From Acinetobacter celticus (GTDB lineage Bacteria > Pseudomonadota > Gammaproteobacteria > Pseudomonadales > Moraxellaceae): a DNA stretch of 40,000 bases. Every line of letters starts with the position of its first letter. Position 1 is the stretch's first letter. The position numbers were made by a program, and so were the translations under genes. The stretch is from NCBI RefSeq assembly GCF_001707755.1, contig NZ_MBDL01000010.1:107650-147649 (forward strand), given 5' to 3'. This document shows, piece after piece, positions 33,212 to 40,000 of this stretch. The notes under the pieces are model-generated. The model saw nothing but the letters and a program-made list of their open reading frames with translations, did not search any database and was not told where the DNA came from.

Positions 33212-33264
33212 TTAAAACTGCTAAGTTAATTAAACTAAATTTTAATGTTGAGACTAGTGTTTTC

Positions 33265-33290
33265 AACCCGCCCTATCGGCGGGTTTTTTT
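33265..33290 (+). terminator. terminator of the cI operon
   Basis: AACCCGCC-ctatc-GGCGGGTT followed by 7 T. Confidence 0.7.
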
Positions 33291-33459
33291 ATCTTAAATA
33301 AAATCCTAAAGAAAAAATGAATACACCTGGTAGCATGCATAAAAAGCCAATAGCTTTTGCATCTTGCATATTTTTTATATGTTTTTGAAATATATGTGGG
33401 CCAAATATTATCCCTGTAAACGTCACAATAAAACCTATGATTATTAGAAATGCTGACAA
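33289..33459 (-). CDS. possible 56-aa two-TM micro-protein
   Basis: Hand translation from TTG 33459 (RBS GGAG 8 nt upstream) gives SAFLIIIGFIVTFTGIIFGPHIFQKHIKNMQDAKAIGFLCMLPGVFIFSLGFYLR. Confidence 0.3.
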   Translation of the reverse strand: MSAFLIIIGFIVTFTGIIFGPHIFQKHIKNMQDAKAIGFLCMLPGVFIFSLGFYLR

Positions 33460-33541
33460 AATCTAGCTCCCCAGTTAAATACTGTATTTTCTAAATAGTT
33501 TTCCCACTATAATTCATTCAGCTATAACAACAAGACTGCTC

Positions 33542-33868
33542 ATGCAAAAAATAATACTCAGCACCCTACTACTTTCCCTTGCTATCACTGGCTGTCAAAA
33601 ACAGCAAGCTGAAGATACCAAAACGCAATTTGAAAAATCAGATGCTGTTATCGGCAAATACCTAGATCAGCTTGATGACCCAAATACGGCGCAAGATACT
33701 CGTATTCAGATCCTATGCAAGGATTACCCACAAGAGTACAAAACAAACTACATGCCTGCACTTTTAAAGTTATCGCCTGCTGATTACACTGAAGAAAAGC
33801 TACTGAAGGATTTAGAGATTGCACTGAATTACTACAAAGACAATTTCAAAATTGAATGCCCTAATTAA
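33542..33868 (+). CDS. lipoprotein (moron)
   Basis: 108 aa with lipobox LLSLAITGC. Confidence 0.7.
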   Translation: MQKIILSTLLLSLAITGCQKQQAEDTKTQFEKSDAVIGKYLDQLDDPNTAQDTRIQILCKDYPQEYKTNYMPALLKLSPADYTEEKLLKDLEIALNYYKDNFKIECPN

Positions 33869-34092
33869 CACTGCGTAGGCCCATAGGTGAAGCCATAGAA
33901 AGATATGTAATTGTTGTGATATTGATCATTGTCGCTATTTTATTAGTGATATTTTATAATCAGAAAAAATGACAAATAACCCAAATTCGGTGGCTTTTTT
34001 TCTGTCATTCAAATGTAAATAAGCCTTCATATATAAATTTAACTAATTAATATATGCATACCTATGATTTATAAATAAATGGCATATTCAAA

Positions 34093-34446
34093 ATGAAATA
34101 TTTAATTGGCGCTTCTCTTATCGCTTTAGCACTTGCTGGCTGCAACTCCTACCCTGCTAAAAACGCTCCTCAAGAAAATAGCGTACCAAGCACTCCTGCT
34201 GAAACTCAAGTGATTAACTTTGTTGGACCAATGGATTTAACCATTCAACTTAAGTCATCTGATAACTTCGAAACGGCAGAAATGACAGACAACTCTGGTA
34301 GAGTCCATCATTTAAAACAAACTGTAGCAGCTAGTGGTGTGCGTTTAGCAAATGATCAAGGCGTATCAATTCACTTTAAGCGTGGTGAAGGTATTGTAGA
34401 GCTTGTAAAAGACAAACCGATTAGCATTACCGAATATAAAAAATAA
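34093..34446 (+). CDS. lipoprotein, MliC-like (lysozyme-inhibitor family pattern)
   Basis: 117 aa with lipobox LALAGC. ETAEMTDNSGRVHHLKQTVAASGVRLANDQGVSIHFKRGEGIV resembles the MliC layout (ASG.rY....W.KG.ea). Confidence 0.55.
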   Translation: MKYLIGASLIALALAGCNSYPAKNAPQENSVPSTPAETQVINFVGPMDLTIQLKSSDNFETAEMTDNSGRVHHLKQTVAASGVRLANDQGVSIHFKRGEGIVELVKDKPISITEYKK

Positions 34447-34464
34447 GATTAGTATTTAAAAGCC

Positions 34465-34490
34465 AACCCATCCCAGTGATGGGTTTTCTT
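34465..34490. terminator. bidirectional terminator between convergent morons
   Basis: AACCCATC-ccagt-GATGGGTT followed by TTTTCTT. Confidence 0.65.
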
Positions 34491-34518
34491 TAGATATATC
34501 TGAGAAAACTTAAATTTT

Positions 34519-34980
34519 TTAAAATTTTTTCCAAGTCATAGCACTGGTGGTATTGGCATTTATTGCCTTACCAAAAACTTTCATCTGATCTCGAGAATCA
34601 TTTAAACGAGCTTCAATATCATAAGTTTGGCCATCTTGTATGCTAAGCCATACACCCTTCTTAAATTGAGTATTACTGTTATTTGCTACCATGCCCTTTA
34701 GTACTTCCATACCAAAAATTGGCTGATCCTTTAATACACCTTGGCATTTACCACATGCATCAGGATTTTCCACACCAGGTGCTTGTCGGTTTTTAGTAAC
34801 CACAGCACTATATTGTTGGGTTTTAGAGTTCTTGCGAATTACAATTTCAGAAACGTAATAACCTGTACGATCATCAATAACTTTCCAAGTACCAATTAAT
34901 GGATCAAAAGGCATGGCATTCAAAGGATTGATAAGTCCCAACAGTAGTGCAACAGCACCAAAAAATTTAAGATTCATATA
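34519..34980 (-). CDS. secreted DUF2147-like protein
   Basis: Signal peptide starts at ATG 34980 (MNLKFFGAVALLLGLINPLNA). GTWKVIDDRTGYYVSEIVI...CGKCQG...PIFGMEVLKG...GVWLSIQDGQTY fits DUF2147. The track start at 35022 is rejected. Confidence 0.6.
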   Translation of the reverse strand, partial: YMNLKFFGAVALLLGLINPLNAMPFDPLIGTWKVIDDRTGYYVSEIVIRKNSKTQQYSAVVTKNRQAPGVENPDACGKCQGVLKDQPIFGMEVLKGMVANNSNTQFKKGVWLSIQDGQTYDIEARLNDSRDQMKVFGKAINANTTSAMTWKKF

Positions 34981-35095
34981 AAAATTATTTACAGTTAAGT
35001 TAAAAGAAACACAAATGTGCATAAAACTCGGTGAATTATAACAATTATTTTTCAGAATTATAAAAAATTGATTCTAGTTTCATAAGCACCTATCC

Positions 35096-35121
35096 AACCC
35101 ACCCTGTGTGGGTTTTCTTTT
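35096..35121 (+). terminator. plus-strand terminator insulating the PL region
   Basis: AACCCAC-cctgt-GTGGGTT followed by TTTTCTTTT. Confidence 0.55.
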
Positions 35122-35149
35122 GCCTATTAAAACATAGAAAAATTAAATT

Positions 35150-35210
35150 TATAAAAATACTAATAAATATATTAGCAAACTTATTGACTACTAATATTAG
35201 TATGCTAATA
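35150..35210. promoter_or_regulatory. left operator cluster (same palindrome family as the right operator)
   Basis: TATTAGTATGCTAATA at 35195-210, TATTAGCAAACTTATT at 35170-85 and degenerate TATAAAAATACTAATA at 35150-65. Confidence 0.6.
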
Positions 35211-35211
35211 T
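35184..35211 (+). promoter_or_regulatory. PL-like early-left promoter
   Basis: TTGACT (35184-89), a 16-nt spacer, then TAATAT (35206-11). Overlapped by operator 35195-210. Confidence 0.6.
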
Positions 35212-35281
35212 TTATCTCGTAAACAACAAAAAGCCCCAACACTTGCAGGCGACGGGGCTAATTGAACACAACGAGGTAATT

Positions 35282-35566
35282 ATGAATAAAACCGCATCAC
35301 ATAGCAATACACCGACTTTCGTAAAAAACGAAAGCAATACAAAGCCTGTGCTTTACCAGCACCCGACCAAAGCAGAAATGCGTACTCCTTTTGGCGCGAA
35401 AGCTAAAGCAGTATTTAAAGAGTTGGCGGCAATTGGTCTTGTGATTATCACAATCGCCTCACCTATTTTAACCATTCGCAGTTGTTCAGATGAAGTAGAT
35501 CGTCAGCATGCGCAGGCTGTTAAACACCAGTTGCAATTCTCAACTTCAAATGTGGGAGCACGCTAA
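35282..35566 (+). CDS. first early-left protein, C-terminal TM segment
   Basis: ATG 35282 has RBS GAGG plus 5 nt. TM segment AAIGLVIITIASPILTI. Confidence 0.5.
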   Translation: MNKTASHSNTPTFVKNESNTKPVLYQHPTKAEMRTPFGAKAKAVFKELAAIGLVIITIASPILTIRSCSDEVDRQHAQAVKHQLQFSTSNVGAR

Positions 35567-36189
35567 TGAAAAAACCTATCGTGTATGACACCGAATTCCG
35601 TGAAGACTTAGGTCTTGATGCTGATGGCTATCACCGCATTCGCATGGGTAAAACCATCTACTGCGTGAAAGACAATGTGATTTTCATTGTTGATGCAACT
35701 GGTGCCCTTAATCGCCTTGAAGAAGCTGGCTTGCCTAAAAACAAATGGTGGATTCGTCGCAACGTGAATGAAGTCCTTGGCTTAAACCAAAAGGCTCAGC
35801 CTGAGCCAAAAAAGGAAAAACTGATTGCTAGTTTGGTCAGTAAATCACGTAACAGCTATGTCGTTGCCGTGAATGGTACTGAGTACGTCATTAGTATTTC
35901 TTCTGACTTCACCAAAAACTTTGATGAATACGTTCGTGAAGCCAACGCCCCTATTTTCTCCTGGTTAAGTGTTCAGGAAATCAAAAACGGTATGAAGCAA
36001 TACGCTCCAGCCGATGTTGTGAATGATCCTGAATTTCAAAAAGTGGTTAAAGGTGTTGTGAATCCTCAGCGCAGGCTCGCCCGAGTTACTCAACATCATA
36101 GCTTTAATCGTTGGCACTCAAAGCAAGAATGCCGTGAGTACCGCGCTAAGCAACATAACACCGATGCTTTCGGCAGAACGTTTAACTAA
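35566..36189 (+). CDS. hypothetical early protein
   Basis: 207 aa with a stop/start overlap to the upstream gene. Confidence 0.55.
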   Translation: MKKPIVYDTEFREDLGLDADGYHRIRMGKTIYCVKDNVIFIVDATGALNRLEEAGLPKNKWWIRRNVNEVLGLNQKAQPEPKKEKLIASLVSKSRNSYVVAVNGTEYVISISSDFTKNFDEYVREANAPIFSWLSVQEIKNGMKQYAPADVVNDPEFQKVVKGVVNPQRRLARVTQHHSFNRWHSKQECREYRAKQHNTDAFGRTFN

Positions 36190-36204
36190 ATTAGGGGAAA
36201 TATC

Positions 36205-37332
36205 ATGGCTTTAGCAATTATTCCAGCTGACCAAGCATTAAACGTCAGTGCAATCATCACATACATCTATGCAGATCCGGGTGTGGGTAAAACATCTTTG
36301 GGCTTTACTGCAGACAAGGCTATTTCTTTCGACTTTGACCGTGGTGCTCACCGTACTGGTGAACTTCGTCGCGGGGCTGTGGTTCCAGTACAACAGTGGT
36401 CAGATATTGAAAATATCAAAGAGCAAGATCTTGCTCCATACAACACAGTGGTGATCGATACCGTTGGCGCTATGTTGGAGTCTATTAAAACTCACTTGCT
36501 TAAAACTGCAAATAACCGTCAACAGGATGGTGCCTTAAAACTTAAAGCTCAAGGCTTGGCAAACATGAAGTTTAAGCAATACATCAATACCCTACTGAGT
36601 TTTGGTAAAGATGTTGTTTTTATCGCCCATGCTTCTGAAGATCAAAATGGTGATCAGGTCATTTACCGCCCAGAGCTAGGTGGTAAAAACAGAAATGAGC
36701 TATACCGCATTGCTGACATCATGGGCTACTTAACAACGGTAACGACGGGCGAAGGTAAGAATGCCCGCGTTATCAACTTCAAACCATCACCTACCCACCA
36801 TGCTAAAAATTCAGGTGGATTGGGTGGTGAAACTGGTGAGGTATGGTTGCCAGATCTAAAGACCAATCCTACATTCTTGGCTGATCTTATCGCTGAAGCA
36901 AAGGCCCATATCAATACCTTAACACCCGCTCAGGTTGCATCAAATAAGGCTCTTGAGGATTTTGAAAACTGGAAACAGAGCTGTGAAGAAGCACTGCATG
37001 CTGGTGATCTTAACCAGCTGACAGAAACCTTGAAATTGGATAAAGAGCACATGTATTACCAAAACATGCGCCAAGCCATGTTAGTCCGCTCTAAGGTTTT
37101 GAAATGCAATTTCGATAAAGAGCGTGATGCGTGGATTAGTCCACCTGAGTTCAATGGCATTAATGAAACTCAGCGCGATGACCTTCAGGCGTTTATATCT
37201 GAGCGTGGTTTAGATGTGAAAACCGTGTGTGAGCATTTGGGAATTGATTCACTTATGCAAATTGATTTATCCAACATTCAAGCAGTGAAACAAGACATTG
37301 ATGAACTTGGCAAGCAGGAAGTGTCGGTATGA
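36205..37332 (+). CDS. AAA_24 / Sak4-like RecA-fold ATPase with about 140-aa C-terminal extension
   Basis: Walker A YADPGVGKTSLGF, Walker B-like YNTVVIDTVGAM, then VVFIAH. Confidence 0.65.
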   Translation: MALAIIPADQALNVSAIITYIYADPGVGKTSLGFTADKAISFDFDRGAHRTGELRRGAVVPVQQWSDIENIKEQDLAPYNTVVIDTVGAMLESIKTHLLKTANNRQQDGALKLKAQGLANMKFKQYINTLLSFGKDVVFIAHASEDQNGDQVIYRPELGGKNRNELYRIADIMGYLTTVTTGEGKNARVINFKPSPTHHAKNSGGLGGETGEVWLPDLKTNPTFLADLIAEAKAHINTLTPAQVASNKALEDFENWKQSCEEALHAGDLNQLTETLKLDKEHMYYQNMRQAMLVRSKVLKCNFDKERDAWISPPEFNGINETQRDDLQAFISERGLDVKTVCEHLGIDSLMQIDLSNIQAVKQDIDELGKQEVSV

Positions 37333-37673
37333 GCGATTCAATTTTAAGAAAAATTAAGCATTGTGAGGCTTTATCTAAAAGCCCCAATGGGAATGAAGCT
37401 GCTGTGGCTTATAAGCAAATGCAGGCACTTATTAAGAAGCACCACATAGCCTATAAAGCCAATCAAACCAATTTTAAAGCTGGTGACAAGGTTGTATACA
37501 TCCCCTTACATCGAACAGATGAGGTTCTTACTATTAGCCTCATGATGGATAAGGATCACTTGCGATATCCAGTTGCCTTTATGGGTGGTATCAATGCATG
37601 CGGCATAATTATGATACGCCATGCTACACCCGATGAAATTATTACAGGAAAAAGAGCGGGGAAAACAGCATGA
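37329..37673 (+). CDS. DUF2786-like small protein
   Basis: N-terminus ILRKIKHCEALSKSPNGNEAAVAYKQMQALIKKH fits the DUF2786 pattern. Confidence 0.45.
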   Translation: MSDSILRKIKHCEALSKSPNGNEAAVAYKQMQALIKKHHIAYKANQTNFKAGDKVVYIPLHRTDEVLTISLMMDKDHLRYPVAFMGGINACGIIMIRHATPDEIITGKRAGKTA

Positions 37674-38572
37674 ATATTTTAAATGGTACCGAAGCATTTA
37701 CAGCAATGTCAGCAGGTCAAAAAATTGAATGTCGCCATGTTGGATCTGATTTAGATTTTGATGATATCCGCAACTTCTCTGCAACTGTCTTTATTGATCA
37801 GGATCATGAATTTCGTATCGCTGTAATTTACATGATGATAGGTGCAATGCAGGTTCCAGAGGCTGTGAAAGACACTCCAGCGAAAGGCGTGCAATGCTTT
37901 TGCCCTTCACTATTAACAACTGAGTTAAGCAAGGCGTTTAAGTGGAGAAATTCAGATTCTGATCTGACTTTATTGGAGCGCGGTTTAGTTCATTTGTATG
38001 AAGAGAATGCCATCACTCATGCCAGAGCATTGGTTGCTGTGAGTCTTGGGCTGGTAAATAGTCCATTTAAAAATGAGGTTGATTTACCTTGGGATGATGA
38101 GGAAAAGACATCCACAAGTCAGTCGAATATAGAAATCATCTCGCAGGGCCCGATTGCTGTGGTTGAAGATAGTCTTACTGATTTTGAGGTTCAAGAAGAA
38201 TCAACAAAAAAAGCATTAGACGATGAATACAAAAACCATTTGAATCAATTGCTTGATGGTGTGTCAAATGCAAAAACACCTGCAGAAGTAAATGCCCATA
38301 CTCGGTACACAAAGAAGTGGTCAGAAGAACAGCGCAAACCCCTACTTGATGCGATTCACAAGCGTCTTAATGAGTTAGCACCAGACGCAATTGAGATTAA
38401 AGAACCACCTTCGCTGTTGTCTCAAATTCAATCTGCTGAGGATTTAACAGCATTGGATGTCTTAGAAATTGATGTGGCCAGTCGTCACGTAGACATTCAG
38501 CCCAAGCTAATGGATGCCATTAAAAAGCGAAAATTTGAATTAGAGAATCAATCTGGTGAGGTGGTTTCATGA
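37670..38572 (+). CDS. hypothetical early protein
   Basis: 300 aa with an ATGA overlap. Confidence 0.55.
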   Translation: MNILNGTEAFTAMSAGQKIECRHVGSDLDFDDIRNFSATVFIDQDHEFRIAVIYMMIGAMQVPEAVKDTPAKGVQCFCPSLLTTELSKAFKWRNSDSDLTLLERGLVHLYEENAITHARALVAVSLGLVNSPFKNEVDLPWDDEEKTSTSQSNIEIISQGPIAVVEDSLTDFEVQEESTKKALDDEYKNHLNQLLDGVSNAKTPAEVNAHTRYTKKWSEEQRKPLLDAIHKRLNELAPDAIEIKEPPSLLSQIQSAEDLTALDVLEIDVASRHVDIQPKLMDAIKKRKFELENQSGEVVS

Positions 38573-38826
38573 TCTGTCCAGAACAATTGATTCCTGCCTT
38601 CACCATGTTTATTGCAAGCGATGGCTATCAATGCGTAATCAAAAAAATCATTGGTGAGGCAACTTTTACAAAAGCAAATAAGCCCGGTTTGAAAATTGAC
38701 AAACTTGGAAAAATGAACGAAGCAGCGCAAAAGCGTTATGAGCTGTTTCTTAAATTATGGCTGAAGAATGGCAAAGACTTTGTACTTCGCCTTCGAGCTC
38801 AGGCAATTATGTTGAAGGTGGTGTGA
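38569..38826 (+). CDS. hypothetical early protein
   Basis: 85 aa with an ATGA overlap. Confidence 0.45.
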   Translation: MICPEQLIPAFTMFIASDGYQCVIKKIIGEATFTKANKPGLKIDKLGKMNEAAQKRYELFLKLWLKNGKDFVLRLRAQAIMLKVV

Positions 38827-39374
38827 TGGATATTAAAGAAAAACAAGCTCGATGGGCTTTGGAAAAACCGCTATTTGAAGCTGAATTTATTCACTCTCAC
38901 CTTCTGCCATTTTTCCACTTCAATGAAAATACTGGCGATTATGAAATCAAAACTGAAAGCGTCAATAACACAGATGAAGAAGATCGTAAGGTTGCTTATG
39001 AGTCTTTAAATACTGGTTGGGCGATGTGGTTACGTGTAAAACGCACCGCCAAAGCCCAAGCGGTGCTGAAATCCCCTGTGATGGCTTTTGATGAGTGGTT
39101 TAAAAAGAGACACGAAAAGACCGGTCTATATGAAGAAGCATTATGTGGAAAAGATGATGCAACTTATATCAAGCATGAAATGAACAAGGCATTTCAGGCT
39201 GGTCGGAAAGAAAAACAAGCGGTGCCTGAAGGTTTTGTTTTGATGCTTAAAGACTGCTCTGACGATATGGCTGAGATAATTGCGACTACTGCCAACGTAT
39301 GTGGCGGAATAGCTGGTGATGTTTATGACGCCATTCTCAAGCAAGCAATGATCGAAGCACAGGAGCAAAAATAA
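38826..39374 (+). CDS. hypothetical early protein (182 aa from ATG 38826)
   Basis: TGATG overlap with the upstream stop and RBS AAGGTGG. The track start at 38757 is an in-frame upstream extension. Confidence 0.55.
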   Translation: MDIKEKQARWALEKPLFEAEFIHSHLLPFFHFNENTGDYEIKTESVNNTDEEDRKVAYESLNTGWAMWLRVKRTAKAQAVLKSPVMAFDEWFKKRHEKTGLYEEALCGKDDATYIKHEMNKAFQAGRKEKQAVPEGFVLMLKDCSDDMAEIIATTANVCGGIAGDVYDAILKQAMIEAQEQK

Positions 39375-39871
39375 TGCAGATGTATTTTGAAATAACAGAT
39401 GCAGAATCTGTGGCTAAAATCGATGCAGCCATGAAACCAATTCATGACTTTGATGAAAAACTACATGCTTTGCAGAAAAAATATGTTGCTGATAAGCCAT
39501 ATGTTTTTAACTCATTAGATCATGGTCTTGAATTTAGTTATTTGTGGTTTGAAGCTTATCCACTTCATCTGAACACCGAAAGAGAATTCAAGGTATCTAT
39601 TGAAAAATATAAAACTGGATATGAGTTACGCCCGCGGAAAAGTAATAAGAAATTCTATTCCGAATTTATGAGCGGTCTTACTGGCGTGAGCTACAACAAC
39701 TTAAAGGCGGTCTTGTTTGGCGATGAGGAGTGCAGACCAAGCCTTTCATACATGAAAAAAGGCAATGTTTATTACATTGATTCAACAATGGATATTGCTC
39801 TCGCATACCGTGAATTAACCGCATCGGAATATAAAGATTTAACAGAGGCACAGGAGCAAAGTCATGAGTGA
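39374..39871 (+). CDS. hypothetical early protein
   Basis: 165 aa, coupled to its neighbours. Confidence 0.55.
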   Translation: MQMYFEITDAESVAKIDAAMKPIHDFDEKLHALQKKYVADKPYVFNSLDHGLEFSYLWFEAYPLHLNTEREFKVSIEKYKTGYELRPRKSNKKFYSEFMSGLTGVSYNNLKAVLFGDEECRPSLSYMKKGNVYYIDSTMDIALAYRELTASEYKDLTEAQEQSHE

Positions 39872-40000
39872 ACTTACATTTGATCAGTCTGGTGACTTTG
39901 TTGCAGTTGATTTAGCTAGAGTCTGGCTAAAAGACCATGGCTATAGTTGTGGCTCAATGTGCATGGATATGCCAATTGGTATTCTAAAGGGTGATTGGCG
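39864..40000 (+). CDS. hypothetical early protein, 5' partial at window edge
   Basis: ATG 39864 overlaps the upstream stop by 8 nt. Reads MSELTFDQSGDFVAVDLARVWLKDHGYSCGSMCMDMPIGILKGDW... Confidence 0.4.
   Translation, partial: MSELTFDQSGDFVAVDLARVWLKDHGYSCGSMCMDMPIGILKGDW

Noticed and set aside
35022-35243. Track N-terminal extensions: 35022 start of the DUF2147-like gene, 35243 start of the first PL gene, 38757 start and 25345 start.
   Set aside because: Internal ATG codons with proper Shine-Dalgarno spacing give sensible N-termini (a signal peptide, or coupling to the upstream stop). The extensions use GTG or TTG, or overlap promoters or terminators.
37670-38572. N-terminus MNILNGTEAFTAMSAGQKIECRHVG looked faintly like DUF2829/Tad2-type anti-Thoeris proteins.
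   Set aside because: The resemblance covers only about 20 residues and lacks the conserved GW motif. The protein is also much longer. This is not enough to make a call.

Overview
The window is most of a lambda-like temperate siphovirus genome, probably a prophage in an A+T-rich proteobacterium. The style looks Acinetobacter-like, but I cannot verify that here.

Minus strand, from 31.8 kb down to 0:
- cro-like gene and a CII-like regulator.
- lambda-O-like initiator with ori iterons inside the gene, then a lambda-P-like loader.
- HNH nuclease and a PD-(D/E)XK-like nuclease.
- Q-type antiterminator with a PR'-like promoter and a short terminated leader.
- A 4-kb accessory zone holding an ORF-free, G+C-enriched, helix-dense 590-nt segment, micro-ORFs, a Roadblock/LC7-like gene and a DUF5677/AbiV-like gene.
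- Metallopeptidase, TerS, TerL, portal, MuF-like protein, scaffold, major capsid, connectors and major tail protein.
- G/GT chaperones with a lambda-identical GGGAAAG slippery site.
- A 2.9-kb island of lipoprotein, membrane and Arc-like genes.
- Tape measure and tail-tip genes.

Plus strand:
- cI (S24 repressor) plus two small genes.
- A moron cluster of lipoproteins, an MliC-like gene and a DUF2147-like gene.
- A PL-like promoter with operators and an early-left operon including a Sak4/AAA_24-like ATPase.

About 20 intrinsic-terminator hairpins punctuate the co-directional late operon and bracket A+T-rich single-gene cassettes.

No rRNA, tRNA, CRISPR array, transposase or integrase is visible. 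All family names come from motif recognition by eye and need HMM confirmation.
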